DNA of 64,000 nt from an uncultured Clostridia bacterium (GCA_944392805.1 CALXXZ010000008.1:6173-70172); one strand, 5' to 3'; positions 28,161-38,973 are shown, counted from the first letter of the stretch. The notes: a model not told the origin generated them from the sequence alone. Translations and numbers: made by a program.

Positions 28161-28910
28161 ATGAAAGAACAAAAATTTGATGACCAAGTAGAAGGAAGAA
28201 ATTCAGTATTAGAATTATTAGAAAGTGGAAAAGACATAAACAAGATATATGTAACAAGAGGAGAAAAACATGGGTCAATAAATAAAATTCTAGCAATAGC
28301 AAAGCAAAGAAAAATAATAATAGTAGAAAAAGATAAAAAGCAGATGGACGAGATGGCACAAGAAGAAAATTATCAAGGAGTAATAGCAATAGTACCACCA
28401 TTTGAATATGTAGAAATAGAAGATATTTTAAACACTGCAAAAGAAAGACAAGAAGATCCATTTGTATTAATACTAGATGGAATAGAAGACCCACATAATT
28501 TAGGTTCTATAATTAGAACAGCAGAAACAGCAGGAGTACATGGAATAATAATCCCAAAAAGGAGAGCAGCATCAGTAAATAGTACAGTAAATAAAACATC
28601 AGCTGGAGCAGTAGAACATATGAATATTGCAAGAGTAACGAACATTACAGATGCAATCGAAAAGTTAAAACAAGCAGGACTTTGGATATGTGGAACAGAC
28701 ATAAATACAAATAAATATTATTATAATCAAGATTTAACAGGACCGCTAGGAATAGTAATTGGAAATGAAGGAAAAGGAATAGGAGAAAAGGTAAGAAAAA
28801 ATTGTGACTTTTTAGTAAAAATTCCTATGAAGGGAAAAGTAACATCATTAAATGCAGCAGTATCAACAGGAATAGTTATATATGAAGCAGTAAAGCAAAG
28901 AATAAAATAA
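28161..28910 (+). CDS. rlmB: 23S rRNA (guanosine-2'-O)-methyltransferase, TrmH/SpoU family group 3
   Basis: SpoU_sub_bind N-terminus plus SpoU motifs (DPHNLGSIIRTA, GNEGKGI, SLNAAVS). Confidence 0.85.
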   Translation: MKEQKFDDQVEGRNSVLELLESGKDINKIYVTRGEKHGSINKILAIAKQRKIIIVEKDKKQMDEMAQEENYQGVIAIVPPFEYVEIEDILNTAKERQEDPFVLILDGIEDPHNLGSIIRTAETAGVHGIIIPKRRAASVNSTVNKTSAGAVEHMNIARVTNITDAIEKLKQAGLWICGTDINTNKYYYNQDLTGPLGIVIGNEGKGIGEKVRKNCDFLVKIPMKGKVTSLNAAVSTGIVIYEAVKQRIK

Positions 28911-28935
28911 TATAATTTTTTGTGAGGTAAAAAAT

Positions 28936-30630
28936 ATGAGAAATAAGAAAATATTAATAATTGTAATAGTTTTAATAGTAATATTATGCATGATAGGTGG
29001 AATTTTTACATATTTGTTTTTAGCAACAGACTTATTTAGAAGTGACAAAGAAATGTTTTTTGAATATTTTTCTCAAAACATACAAATGGTTAACAATATG
29101 AAAAGTGCAGGGACATATAAGCAAATACGAAATGAAGAAACATATGAATCAAATACAGAAATAAAGGTAAGTAACTCAAGAGGTGGAGAAATATCTAGTC
29201 CTTTAAATGACTTATCAATGACAATTGATGTCAAAAAAGATAATGCAAATCAATATTCATATACAGATGCACAAGTTTTATTTAAAGGTGAACAATATTT
29301 AGAAGCTGAATTGATTAAAAATCAAGATATTTCTGGTATAAGATTTTCTGATGTAGTAAAACAATTTGTAACAGTAAGAGATGGAGATGAATCAGGAACA
29401 ATTCCTACAAGTGTTGAAGATATAGTTTCAGAAGATGAAATAACAACTCTAAAAGACAAATATTTAAACATTATAAAACAAGAATTAGAAAATGCTACAT
29501 ATAATAAGACTAAAAATGTAATGATAACTTATAACAATAACACAATTGAGACAGATGCATATACAGTTACATTATCACAAGATCAAGTAGGAAATATAAT
29601 CCTAACAACATTAGAAAATTTAAAAACAGATGAAATAATTTTGCAAAAAGCTGAAATGTTCGGAAAAGATAATATAGTAGAAGAGATAGATAAATTAATA
29701 GAAGATTTATCAGACTATGAAAATATCTATGAAATGAAGATAACAGTATATGAGCAAAATGATGTGGTTGTAAGAACAGTTGTAGAATATGCAGGTAATA
29801 TAATAACAATGGAAAATTCAATAGAAAATGGATTACCAAAAATAAAATTACAAAGAACATGTCCTAATTTTGATAAAGTTGTACAACAAAACTTAGAAAT
29901 TACAAAAACAGCTACAGACAGTGAAGAAACTTATAATATCAATGTAGAATTGATAGATGGAGAAGACACTAAAACAATAAACTTTACAAACCAATTAACT
30001 TTAAATGGGCAAAATGTTACAATAAATACAGAATTAAAATATACACAAGGAATAGAAACAACTGCAATAACAGTCATAAATACAATAAATTTAGTTGACA
30101 ATTTAGAAAATAAAGTTGAATTAGATGAAAGCAATAATGTTATTTTAACTGATTTAGATGAAACATCAAGAGAAAGTGTAATAAATCTATTAAAAGAAAA
30201 TGTACCTCAAGTAATTGACCATAGAATAAGTTTATTAAGTGAATTATTAGGATTTAAACAACCTGAAGATGGTGAGCAACCTACAGAACCAGGAGAAATG
30301 TCACAAGTAGAAATAAATAGATTTAATGCAAAATTTGAATTTTATACAGGTAAATCAGTTAGTGCCGAAAATGTAAAGGCATTGTTAGATGTAGTAAAAA
30401 ACAATTTAGGAAATGTTGAAATTACTCCAATTGGAGAAGTAACAGAAGAAACGAATGAAGAAGATATAAAAGAAAATATCAAATTAATTATAGAAAAAGA
30501 TAAAGAAAATCAAGAATTAATAAATCAAGTTTTGGAAAAAATAGATGATAAAACAAAATATAATGTAGAAATTGCATATAAACAAGAAAATGGATTAATA
30601 GATTATATAACTATAACAGAAGCGGAGTAA
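28936..30630 (+). CDS. hypothetical membrane-anchored extracytoplasmic protein
   Basis: N-terminal TM segment, then 530 aa with no recognisable motif and no LPXTG signal. Sits upstream of the sortase. Confidence 0.55.
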   Translation: MRNKKILIIVIVLIVILCMIGGIFTYLFLATDLFRSDKEMFFEYFSQNIQMVNNMKSAGTYKQIRNEETYESNTEIKVSNSRGGEISSPLNDLSMTIDVKKDNANQYSYTDAQVLFKGEQYLEAELIKNQDISGIRFSDVVKQFVTVRDGDESGTIPTSVEDIVSEDEITTLKDKYLNIIKQELENATYNKTKNVMITYNNNTIETDAYTVTLSQDQVGNIILTTLENLKTDEIILQKAEMFGKDNIVEEIDKLIEDLSDYENIYEMKITVYEQNDVVVRTVVEYAGNIITMENSIENGLPKIKLQRTCPNFDKVVQQNLEITKTATDSEETYNINVELIDGEDTKTINFTNQLTLNGQNVTINTELKYTQGIETTAITVINTINLVDNLENKVELDESNNVILTDLDETSRESVINLLKENVPQVIDHRISLLSELLGFKQPEDGEQPTEPGEMSQVEINRFNAKFEFYTGKSVSAENVKALLDVVKNNLGNVEITPIGEVTEETNEEDIKENIKLIIEKDKENQELINQVLEKIDDKTKYNVEIAYKQENGLIDYITITEAE

Positions 30631-30646
30631 TTAGGAAGGAGGTCAT

Positions 30647-31375
30647 ATGAACCAGATATTAGTGACAGAAAAAATTTATGTTACACCAGAATTGAAACGT
30701 AAGAAAAAGATGTATAAAATATTATTTATACTTTCCATATTTACTATTATATCTTTATTTTCAGTATATATATATGCTGAATATGACAGAAATGAAAAAG
30801 AAAGTATATCTCAAGATATATTATCACTTATAGAACAAGATGATGATACACTAGTAAGTTCATATGATAATGCATTAATAGTTTCTATAACACAAGAAGC
30901 GGCTGCTAATGCAGAACAAGTTTCTGAAGAATTACCAAAAACAGGAATAGTAACTTCAAAATATACTGCTTCAGATGGAAAAACTTATGATATAATAGGA
31001 AGAATAAATATACCTAAAATTGGTGTAGATTATCCAATATTTTCAGAATATACAGCAGAATTATTAAAAGTTTCTGTTTGTAGATTCCATGGTGGAAATC
31101 CAAATGAAGTAGGAAATTTATGTATAGTTGGACATAATTATAGAAATGAAAAATTTTTTAGTAAAGTGCTAACACTTCAAGTTGGAGATATTGTAGAAAT
31201 ACAAGATTTAAGCAAAAAAACAGTACAATATGAAGTTTATGATATACATGAAGTAGATCCAAATAACAGAGATGATACAACTCAAAAAACAAATGGAAAA
31301 AAAGAAGTTACATTAGTAACTTGTACTAATGACTCAAAAAGAAGAGTTATTGTAAAATGTAGAGAAAAAATATAA
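30647..31375 (+). CDS. sortase family transpeptidase
   Basis: TM anchor, catalytic His context (IVGHNYRNEKFF) and TLVTCT cysteine motif. Confidence 0.8.
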   Translation: MNQILVTEKIYVTPELKRKKKMYKILFILSIFTIISLFSVYIYAEYDRNEKESISQDILSLIEQDDDTLVSSYDNALIVSITQEAAANAEQVSEELPKTGIVTSKYTASDGKTYDIIGRINIPKIGVDYPIFSEYTAELLKVSVCRFHGGNPNEVGNLCIVGHNYRNEKFFSKVLTLQVGDIVEIQDLSKKTVQYEVYDIHEVDPNNRDDTTQKTNGKKEVTLVTCTNDSKRRVIVKCREKI

Positions 31376-31380
31376 CCCCA

Positions 31381-31430
31381 AAATCCCCTAAAAACATAAT
31401 AAATAGAGAGATTATGAAAGGGGATTTTTT
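31381..31430 (+). terminator. putative terminator (long loop)
   Basis: AAATCCCCT ...29 nt... AGGGGATTT plus a T-run. Confidence 0.45.
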
Positions 31431-31464
31431 GTATTAAAAATATAATAATCAAAAGGAGAATTTT

Positions 31465-32679
31465 ATGAAATTAGTTTCTATACCTAAAGATAAATATAAT
31501 GATTATAGACTTAATCTTATTTTTAATGCATACAAATGGGATCCTCAATTTTTAGATAATAATACTGTAGCAAAATATGCATTAGTAATTACAGAACAAG
31601 AACATAAAGAATTAGAAAAATTAACAGAAAAACTAGATAAAGAAACAAGACAAGCTGAAGAAATATTAAATAAAAATTTAGAATTTACAAAGCCTTTAGC
31701 ATTACCTAAAAAAATATATAAAGAACTAAAAAATATGAAAAATTATCAACCAGAAAAACATATTCGTCTTATGAGATATGATTTTCATCCAACTATAGAT
31801 AAAAATTGGGTAGTAAGTGAAGTAAATAGTGACGTTCCAGGTGGATTTGCAGAAGCTTCAATAATGCCACAAATTGCTATTGATGTTTTAAAAGAAGACA
31901 AATATTGGTATAAAAATTTTGGAGATATTCTAACAAATGCAATTGTTAAAAAAGTGAAACCCAAAGGAACTATTATGCTTGTTCATTGCACTTCATATAG
32001 TGATGATAGGCAAGTTATGCAATTTCTAGGTGATAAATTAAAAAATATGGGATTTAACATTATATATGGTGCTGCTGACCATCTACGATTTAAAAACAAT
32101 GAAGCAATCAGCATTCTTGATGGAAATGAAGGAAAAGTTGATGGAATATTTAGATTTACACCATTAGAATGGTTAATTGACATTAAACCAAAGCATTGGC
32201 AAGGATATTTTGATACAATAACACCATCTTGTAATCATCCTATAGCAATATTTGCACAGACGAAAAGATTTCCACTTGTATGGGATTTTCTTGAAAAGCA
32301 AGGTGTTGACTTATCAACATGGAGAGAGCTACTACCAGAGACATTAGAAGTTAAAGATGCCAAAAATAAAGAAAGTTATATATATAAACCAGCATGTGGA
32401 CGAGTTGGGGAAAAGATATCTATAAAAGAAGCGTGTAAAGATGATGAATATGAAAAAATTATTGCAGATGTAAAAAAACATCCTAAAAAATATTTAGCGC
32501 AAAAAAGATTTAATAGCAAACCAGTAATAAGTGAAGATGGTGAAAGTTTTCATGTGTGTTTGGGGTCATATAGTGTTGATGGAAAACATAGTGGTTATTA
32601 TGCTAGAATAAGTAAATTACCGCGTATAGATTCAAATGCAGCAGATATCCCAGTTTTAATAGAAAGGGGCTGTGAATAA
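31465..32679 (+). CDS. glutathionylspermidine synthase-family ATP-grasp protein
   Basis: RYDFHPT...VSEVNSDVPGGFAEAS pattern typical of the GSP_synth family, at a length of about 400 aa. Confidence 0.65.
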   Translation: MKLVSIPKDKYNDYRLNLIFNAYKWDPQFLDNNTVAKYALVITEQEHKELEKLTEKLDKETRQAEEILNKNLEFTKPLALPKKIYKELKNMKNYQPEKHIRLMRYDFHPTIDKNWVVSEVNSDVPGGFAEASIMPQIAIDVLKEDKYWYKNFGDILTNAIVKKVKPKGTIMLVHCTSYSDDRQVMQFLGDKLKNMGFNIIYGAADHLRFKNNEAISILDGNEGKVDGIFRFTPLEWLIDIKPKHWQGYFDTITPSCNHPIAIFAQTKRFPLVWDFLEKQGVDLSTWRELLPETLEVKDAKNKESYIYKPACGRVGEKISIKEACKDDEYEKIIADVKKHPKKYLAQKRFNSKPVISEDGESFHVCLGSYSVDGKHSGYYARISKLPRIDSNAADIPVLIERGCE

Positions 32680-33329
32680 TGACAGGTATAGATATATTCA
32701 AAATATGGGCTCCAACAGAAGCCAGATGGGTTGATTGGGTAAGACCAGTTCCATTTGTTAGTATTGATAATGGATTTGAAGTATATGAAGTCATCGACTT
32801 TACAATCCCAAATATAAGTTATATAAAAGAATCAAAAAAAGATACAGCCATAATAGTTGACCTTCCAGGAAATGAGAGTATAAAAGAGGGACTTGCTACT
32901 GCCAAACTTGGATTTAGACCAATACCAATTTATAATGGAACAGATGAACAAAAAGGAGCAATGGCAACTGTTGACAATCATTCTATTAAAATTGGTTTAA
33001 TAAAAGGAGCAAGAGAACTTCAAAAAATGGAAATAAGTAATGATGCGCCTCCCACTTTTTTGCTAGATAGTAACCGTATGAACAGATTTAAAATGAATGT
33101 TTCTGTTTTTGATAACAGTTGGGATATATATGCTCAAGACATTCCAAGTGCAGAATATTTTTTAAAAAATGGTATTAATAAAATTATAGTTAGAGGAGAA
33201 AAAATACAAAAAGATTTAAAAAAAATTCTATACAAATTTCAGAAAAAGGGAATAAAAATTCTTTATACAAATGGATATGAAGAACCTAAAGAAGTTAAAA
33301 TTAAGAAGACTTTAGAAAAAGATGACTAG
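32679..33329 (+). CDS. hypothetical protein, translationally coupled to the GspS-like gene
   Basis: TAATG stop/start overlap. No recognisable motif. Confidence 0.5.
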   Translation: MTGIDIFKIWAPTEARWVDWVRPVPFVSIDNGFEVYEVIDFTIPNISYIKESKKDTAIIVDLPGNESIKEGLATAKLGFRPIPIYNGTDEQKGAMATVDNHSIKIGLIKGARELQKMEISNDAPPTFLLDSNRMNRFKMNVSVFDNSWDIYAQDIPSAEYFLKNGINKIIVRGEKIQKDLKKILYKFQKKGIKILYTNGYEEPKEVKIKKTLEKDD

Positions 33330-33347
33330 CCCGAAGGAGTGTAAAAA

Positions 33348-34820
33348 ATGATAAAATTTGATGGTAAAATTGTTCAATTTGGATTTGGAGCAGTAGGAAA
33401 AAGTTTTTATGAAAAAGTTGCTAAAGAAATTAAATTTAATGAAAATAAATATTTTGTCATAACTAGAGATAAAGAAGAATTTACTGCATACATAAATCTT
33501 GGTGGAATGGTTGCAAATTTTATTGTAGCTGATATAACGAAAGAAAATTTTCGAGAAATATTTGCTCAATATTTGGATAGCGGAGATCTATTAATAGATT
33601 TTGCTGATACAGTAGGAACAAAAGATATATGTAATTGGTGTGCAGAGAAGAATATCATGTATATTAATACAGGTGAAGCAGATTGGCCTGAAAATTGGTA
33701 TAGTATATTAAATGAAAATAAAATAAAACATGAAATAAAAGAAAAACATAAAAATAACAGAGAAACTAATAAATATCCTATTGTTTTACAACATGGTAAT
33801 AATCCAGGACTGGTTTCACACTTTGTAAAAGCAGGAATTGAATATATAGTAAATACACAATTTAAAAAAGATAAACATCTTAAAGAACTTATAAAAAACA
33901 ATAAATTTAATGAAGTGGCATATGAATTAGGACTAAAAGAAATCCATGTAAATGATATTGATTTACAAGAAATTAATGATACATATAAAGATGATACTTT
34001 ATTTAATACATGGTGTATTGATTCTTTCTTTTTCGAAATGCTAAGTGAAGCAACGTTAAATATAGGAACACATGAGAAAATTGATTTTCAAGATGAATGC
34101 AAACTTATAAATTATGAAGATGGATTTCTAGAATTAAAAAAACTTGCAGTAGGAAAAAAGGGACGTACATATTATCCAAATGGAGAATTTGAAGGATTTT
34201 TAGTACCACATGAAGAAACAATTACAATAGCTAAAAGTTTAGAGGTTGAAAAAGATGGACAAGTTATATATCGTCCATCAGTAATGTTTTTATATTCTCC
34301 TTGTGACTTTGCAAGAAAATATTTTAGTAATGCAAAAGTAAATGAATATCCAGAACCTGACTTAAGCAAACCATTAGATTGTGAAAATGAAAATGGAGTA
34401 ACAATTACTAGAGGATATATATATCCTAAATATGCAGAAATTGTTTATAAAGAAAAAATCGCATCAGGGACAGAATATGTCGGAGTATTGCTTATGGGTG
34501 AGAAATTTGAACCTGTATGGGTAGGAAATAGGATAGAACTTTCATTTTTGTATAAAAATAGAAAAGACTCATATTGGCAAACACCAACAATTACACCAGT
34601 TGCAATGTCAGCATTAGCAGGAGTTTGTTGGATGATAAAAAATAAAGAAAAAGGTGGTATTTATTTTCCTGATGATATAAATGATTATAAATATATTTTA
34701 AATATTGCTGAAAAATATATTTCAAAAACAATATATAAAACATTTGATAGAGAAACTCTAAAAAAAGAATTGAAAATTGATTTTTCAAATTTGCAAGCTA
34801 AAGATTTTTTTGTTAACTAA
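33348..34820 (+). CDS. hss: homospermidine synthase (saccharopine dehydrogenase-like)
   Basis: N-terminal GFGAVGKS Rossmann motif. HGNNPGLVSHFVK, FNTWCIDSF, GFLVPHEETITIA and IYRPSVMFLY parallel the bacterial Hss sequences I recall. Confidence 0.7.
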   Translation: MIKFDGKIVQFGFGAVGKSFYEKVAKEIKFNENKYFVITRDKEEFTAYINLGGMVANFIVADITKENFREIFAQYLDSGDLLIDFADTVGTKDICNWCAEKNIMYINTGEADWPENWYSILNENKIKHEIKEKHKNNRETNKYPIVLQHGNNPGLVSHFVKAGIEYIVNTQFKKDKHLKELIKNNKFNEVAYELGLKEIHVNDIDLQEINDTYKDDTLFNTWCIDSFFFEMLSEATLNIGTHEKIDFQDECKLINYEDGFLELKKLAVGKKGRTYYPNGEFEGFLVPHEETITIAKSLEVEKDGQVIYRPSVMFLYSPCDFARKYFSNAKVNEYPEPDLSKPLDCENENGVTITRGYIYPKYAEIVYKEKIASGTEYVGVLLMGEKFEPVWVGNRIELSFLYKNRKDSYWQTPTITPVAMSALAGVCWMIKNKEKGGIYFPDDINDYKYILNIAEKYISKTIYKTFDRETLKKELKIDFSNLQAKDFFVN

Positions 34821-36939
34821 AAGGGATGTTGTAGAAAACATCCCTTTTAGTTTGAGGATTAATGACCGCCTCCGGCCACCTCCGCCACCACGGCCTCCGC
34901 CGCCGTATCCACCATGGCCTCCATACCCGCCACTTCTAGCAATATGAGAAGCACTACGTGTTACAGATCTAAACGAACGACTACTGTAATGGAAGCTACT
35001 TGACCTGTAATAAGGATTGCTAAGCATTGGACTCATTTCCATATCAGGACATCTAATTTTTAATGCAGTAATTACTTTTTCTGAAATTCCAAATGCAGTT
35101 GCATATACTAAATATTGTTCCCAAATTGGTAACTCTATTACTGTACGTTCTTTCATAAGAGTTTCACTATTCAAGAAATCATATAATCCTTTCCATTTAG
35201 CATATTCATCTTCACCAAATTGTGTAAGTAACACATATTTTTTAGCCAATTTTCTAAGATAAAGTGAGCTGAATATAAATGCAATACCTAAGATAAAGAA
35301 TGCACCAAAAGCTAAATCTAAACAAGTTTGATATGATATTAAGTTTACTAAAGTTATAAGTAAAACTCCTAATATTCCATGTAAAGTAGATAATGATTTT
35401 GTTTGACGTTTTGGTTGTTCATAATCAGCTTTTTGAAAATATCCTTGTGATACACCAATATTAACAACTGAATTTTCAATATTTTTAACAAAAGTATTTG
35501 TATTTTCATAATCCATAGAAACTTTTAATTGGAAATCTTTCATTGATATGTCATTTCCATGTGAATGTCTAATAATTAAATTAAAGTAGTATTCTTCAGT
35601 TGGAGTAAGTGTTTCAATTTCTTCATTTTCAATTGGTTGAGGTTCTAATAAGTCGTTCATTACTGGTGTTGGTCGATATTTTACAATGATTTTAACATTA
35701 TTAGAAGTCCAATCTTTTAAATTATCTATTCTATCTAATTCAATATAACCTTTTCTAACTAAACTTAGCATTATAGATGAATATCCATCAGAATCATTTT
35801 TTCGTGATTTGTTTTTGCAAAAAACTAAGTTAGAGGCAAAAACAGGGTCAAGATTACTAGGAATATCTCTAAAATATTTTATTTGCATTGTAGGCTCATA
35901 AAAGATATGTTCTTTTCTCATTTTTTTATCTTTTTTGATGTCATACAATATTATCAGAACAGCACCTGCTGAACATATCAATAGTATAATAACTTTAGCT
36001 TTTTTATAATTTTCAGGAGTAGCATCAAATTCTGCTTGTTCCTGTCTAAGTTCATCTAGTACATCATCATTGTAATAATAATTATAAGAAGCATAATCAG
36101 TAAATGTATGGCTATCAGCTCCATATGAAATTAATGAAAACTCAATATATTCATTATATGGTCTAAATTTTAATTCTGATTCATCTAAATCAAATGAAAA
36201 AGTATGATAACCAGGATTTACTGTATCAGATTCTGTAAAAGGAAATCTATTTGAATTTGTTCCATAAGTATATGCATCATAATTTCCTGAACTTGGCATA
36301 TCTTCATTTGGAATTAATATTTGAGCTTTATAAGATTCCAAATGTTTTATTGTTTCTTCAGAATAAAGAGATAGATATAATTCAGAGCAATCACCATAAC
36401 GTAAAGCTGCATTATTCATTTCATATTCAATTTCAAATGTGACTTTTTCGCGGTATAAACCATCAACATAGAAAAATACACATTCATAATTTCTTGCTGA
36501 TTCATTATAAGGTCCATCACTATGATACCATTTTCCTGGACCATATCCGTCTAGCAGTGTTAGTATAATCAGAATCATTCCAATATAATTTTGGACTTTC
36601 TTCGTAAATTATTTCTGAACCATCATCAAGTATTTGTTTTACAGAATTTACTTGATAATCCACTTTTACTCCATCAATATAACTTTCTGGGAGGTCTCTC
36701 CACAATTCCCAAAAAAGATTATTTTTTGATGCAGCATGAATATCAAAAGTTAATCTTTCTGTAACAACGACTTTACCATTACTACCTGGTTCATCAACTA
36801 GTACAGCCGTATAATCAACATCTGTTATTCTAGCATAATCGAATGGATTTAAATTCATTTCTTCAAACAAATATAAATTATCATTTATAAAAACTATTAC
36901 AAATATAATTGTAATTAATATAATTGTACGTTTTCTCAT
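34785..36939 (-). pseudogene. DUF2207-family membrane protein, frame-disrupted
   Basis: The N-terminal 139-aa ORF (36520-36939) and the 597-aa ORF (34785-36578) overlap in different frames. The Gly-rich GC-rich tail reads through the terminator and overlaps hss by 36 nt. Confidence 0.6.
34819..34848. terminator. bidirectional terminator between hss and the DUF2207 gene
   Basis: AAAAGGGATGTT-gtagaa-AACATCCCTTTT. Confidence 0.7.
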
Positions 36940-37071
36940 TTTTTTCCCCTTTTAATAAAAATTTTATTATAGCAATTATATATAAAAAGTAGAAAAATGT
37001 AAAGATTTTTCGAAGTAACATTCATTTTAATATAACATATACTATATTAAAAACATTTTGAGGAGGTTATC

Positions 37072-37752
37072 ATGGCAAAAATATTAGTTTATAATCAAGA
37101 TACAAATAGAATGGAAACATATTATAGAAATGAAAATGATTCAATGCCTTATAATACAAATAGAACATTAAAAGTAAGAGAATTTAGAGGTTCAAGTAGA
37201 AGTAATACTTTATGGACGGATAAAAGAACTATGCAAGCTTGGAATAGTCAAAGATATATTTATGGCGCACCTATATATGTTGGTTTTGCTTTTAAAAGGC
37301 CATATGAGGGTGGGCATGGAAATCAAAGTCAACACTATGCAGGTACTGCATTTGACGTAGGGCAAAACTTAACAAATGCGCAAAGAGCAGTTTTAAGAAA
37401 TAGTGCACGTAGTTCAGGATTGTGGGGATATGTAGAACCTGTATCAATTTCTCCAACATGGGTACACTTTGATAGAAGGTTTGGAACACCTGCATGTAGT
37501 ACAGGAGGATATCCTATAATAAGGAGAGGTTCAAGAGGAAATTATGTATGTATAGCGCAAGATGATTTAAATACATTAGGATTTAAAACTGGAGGATTAG
37601 ATGGAGTATTTGGAGAACAAACTGAAAATGCAGTAAGGAGATATCAAACTTCTAGAGGATTAAGTTCAGATGGAATAATAGGCTGTAATACATGGAGATC
37701 ATTACAAGAAAATGTTGTTGGAAGCGGTAGAACAAGTACAACAATAGATTAG
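37072..37752 (+). CDS. peptidase M15-like cell-wall hydrolase with C-terminal peptidoglycan-binding domain
   Basis: SQHYAGTAFDV and WVHFD zinc-ligand pattern, plus a PG_binding_1 repeat (LGF..GGLDGVFG..T..AV..YQ...GL..DGI.G..TW). Confidence 0.65.
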   Translation: MAKILVYNQDTNRMETYYRNENDSMPYNTNRTLKVREFRGSSRSNTLWTDKRTMQAWNSQRYIYGAPIYVGFAFKRPYEGGHGNQSQHYAGTAFDVGQNLTNAQRAVLRNSARSSGLWGYVEPVSISPTWVHFDRRFGTPACSTGGYPIIRRGSRGNYVCIAQDDLNTLGFKTGGLDGVFGEQTENAVRRYQTSRGLSSDGIIGCNTWRSLQENVVGSGRTSTTID

Positions 37753-37764
37753 AAAGGAATGTTT

Positions 37765-38715
37765 ATGAAAAATTTAATAGGAAATACACCCTTAATTAAA
37801 ATAAAATATAGTTATAATGGGAAAATAAATAGTATATATACAAAATTAGAATTTTATAATTTGACAGGTAGTATAAAAGATAGAGTAATAGATTATATTT
37901 TAAAAGAAAATATGAAAAATGGAAAATTGAAAAAAGGAATGACATTAGTAGAAGCAACAAGTGGAAACACAGGAATTGCACTATCAGCAATAGGTGCAAA
38001 ATATGGGCTTAAAGTTCGTATATACATGCCTGATTTTGTTAGTGAAGAGAGACAGAAAATAATAAAACTATATGGGGCAGAAATAAAATTAGTTTCAAGA
38101 GAAGAAGGAGGTTTTAAAAAAGCAATCGAATTAGTAAAAAAAGAAGTGGAAAATGGTGCATTTTCTCCTAATCAATTTTCAAATGAACAAAATATAATAG
38201 CACATTATTTAACAACAGGAAAAGAAATAACTGATAAAATAAAAGTTGATGCATTTGTTTCAGGAATTGGAACAGGAGGAACATTGATGGGAGTAGCAAA
38301 AAGAATAAAAGAACAAAATCCAAATGCTTTGATTTATGGGCTAGAACCTGAAAACATGACATTAATAAAAGGAAATAAAGTAGGATCACATAAAATTGAA
38401 GGAATTGGAGATGAATTTATACCAGAGATTGTTGATTCGAAAATTTTAACTGATGTAATATTGATAAATGATAATGATGCTATTAATATGAGTAAAAAAA
38501 TTGCTAAAGAATTAGGAATTGGAGTTGGGATATCTAGTGGTGCAAATTTTTTAGCTGCAGTCCAAATTCAAGAAAATTTAAATAAAAATGTTGTTACAAT
38601 ATTTCCGGATGATTTAAAAAAATATTTGTCAACTGATTTAGCAAAAGACAATATAATTGAAGAAAATAGTGTGTCAAATAAGATTGAACTAATAGAATTT
38701 GAAGAAATTATATAA
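37765..38715 (+). CDS. cysK: cysteine synthase (O-acetylserine sulfhydrylase)
   Basis: GNTPLIKI, GSIKDR and TSGNTGIALS PLP-enzyme motifs. The start is probably the second ATG (37765), 6 nt after AAAGGA. Confidence 0.88.
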   Translation: MKNLIGNTPLIKIKYSYNGKINSIYTKLEFYNLTGSIKDRVIDYILKENMKNGKLKKGMTLVEATSGNTGIALSAIGAKYGLKVRIYMPDFVSEERQKIIKLYGAEIKLVSREEGGFKKAIELVKKEVENGAFSPNQFSNEQNIIAHYLTTGKEITDKIKVDAFVSGIGTGGTLMGVAKRIKEQNPNALIYGLEPENMTLIKGNKVGSHKIEGIGDEFIPEIVDSKILTDVILINDNDAINMSKKIAKELGIGVGISSGANFLAAVQIQENLNKNVVTIFPDDLKKYLSTDLAKDNIIEENSVSNKIELIEFEEII

Positions 38716-38741
38716 AAAAATAAAAAAAATTAAAAAAACTA

Positions 38742-38770
38742 TTGACAATATTCAAAAAACATTGTATACT
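38742..38770 (+). promoter_or_regulatory. promoter of the tRNA cluster
   Basis: TTGACA-N17-TATACT, with the spacer ending in TG. It lies about 20 nt before tRNA-Val. Confidence 0.65.
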
Positions 38771-38789
38771 AGTCATTGTCGAAAGACAT

Positions 38790-38865
38790 GGTCGCTTAGC
38801 TCAGCTGGGAGAGCATCTGCCTTACAAGCAGAGGGTCATAGGTTCGAGCCCTATAGCGACCACCA
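38790..38865 (+). tRNA. tRNA-Val (anticodon TAC), CCA encoded
   Basis: Acceptor stem GGTCGCT/AGCGACC, anticodon loop CTTACAA, T-arm GGTTCGAGCC. Confidence 0.9.
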
Positions 38866-38872
38866 TCTTTAC

Positions 38873-38949
38873 GGCCTGGTAGTTCAGTTGGTTAGAACGC
38901 TAGCCTGTCACGCTAGAGGTCGACGGTTCGAGCCCGTTCCAGGTCGCCA
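38873..38949 (+). tRNA. tRNA-Asp (anticodon GTC), CCA encoded
   Basis: Acceptor stem GGCCTGG/CCAGGTC, anticodon loop CTGTCAC, T-arm GGTTCGAGCC. Confidence 0.9.
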
Positions 38950-38973
38950 TTTTTTTTATGTAATTACATATTT

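Noticed and set aside
30905-30960. LPKTG pentapeptide inside the sortase protein itself (…SEELPKTGIVTS…).
   Set aside because: It lies in the N-terminal linker, not at a C-terminus, and is not followed by a hydrophobic segment and positive tail. It is most likely chance, not a sorting signal.
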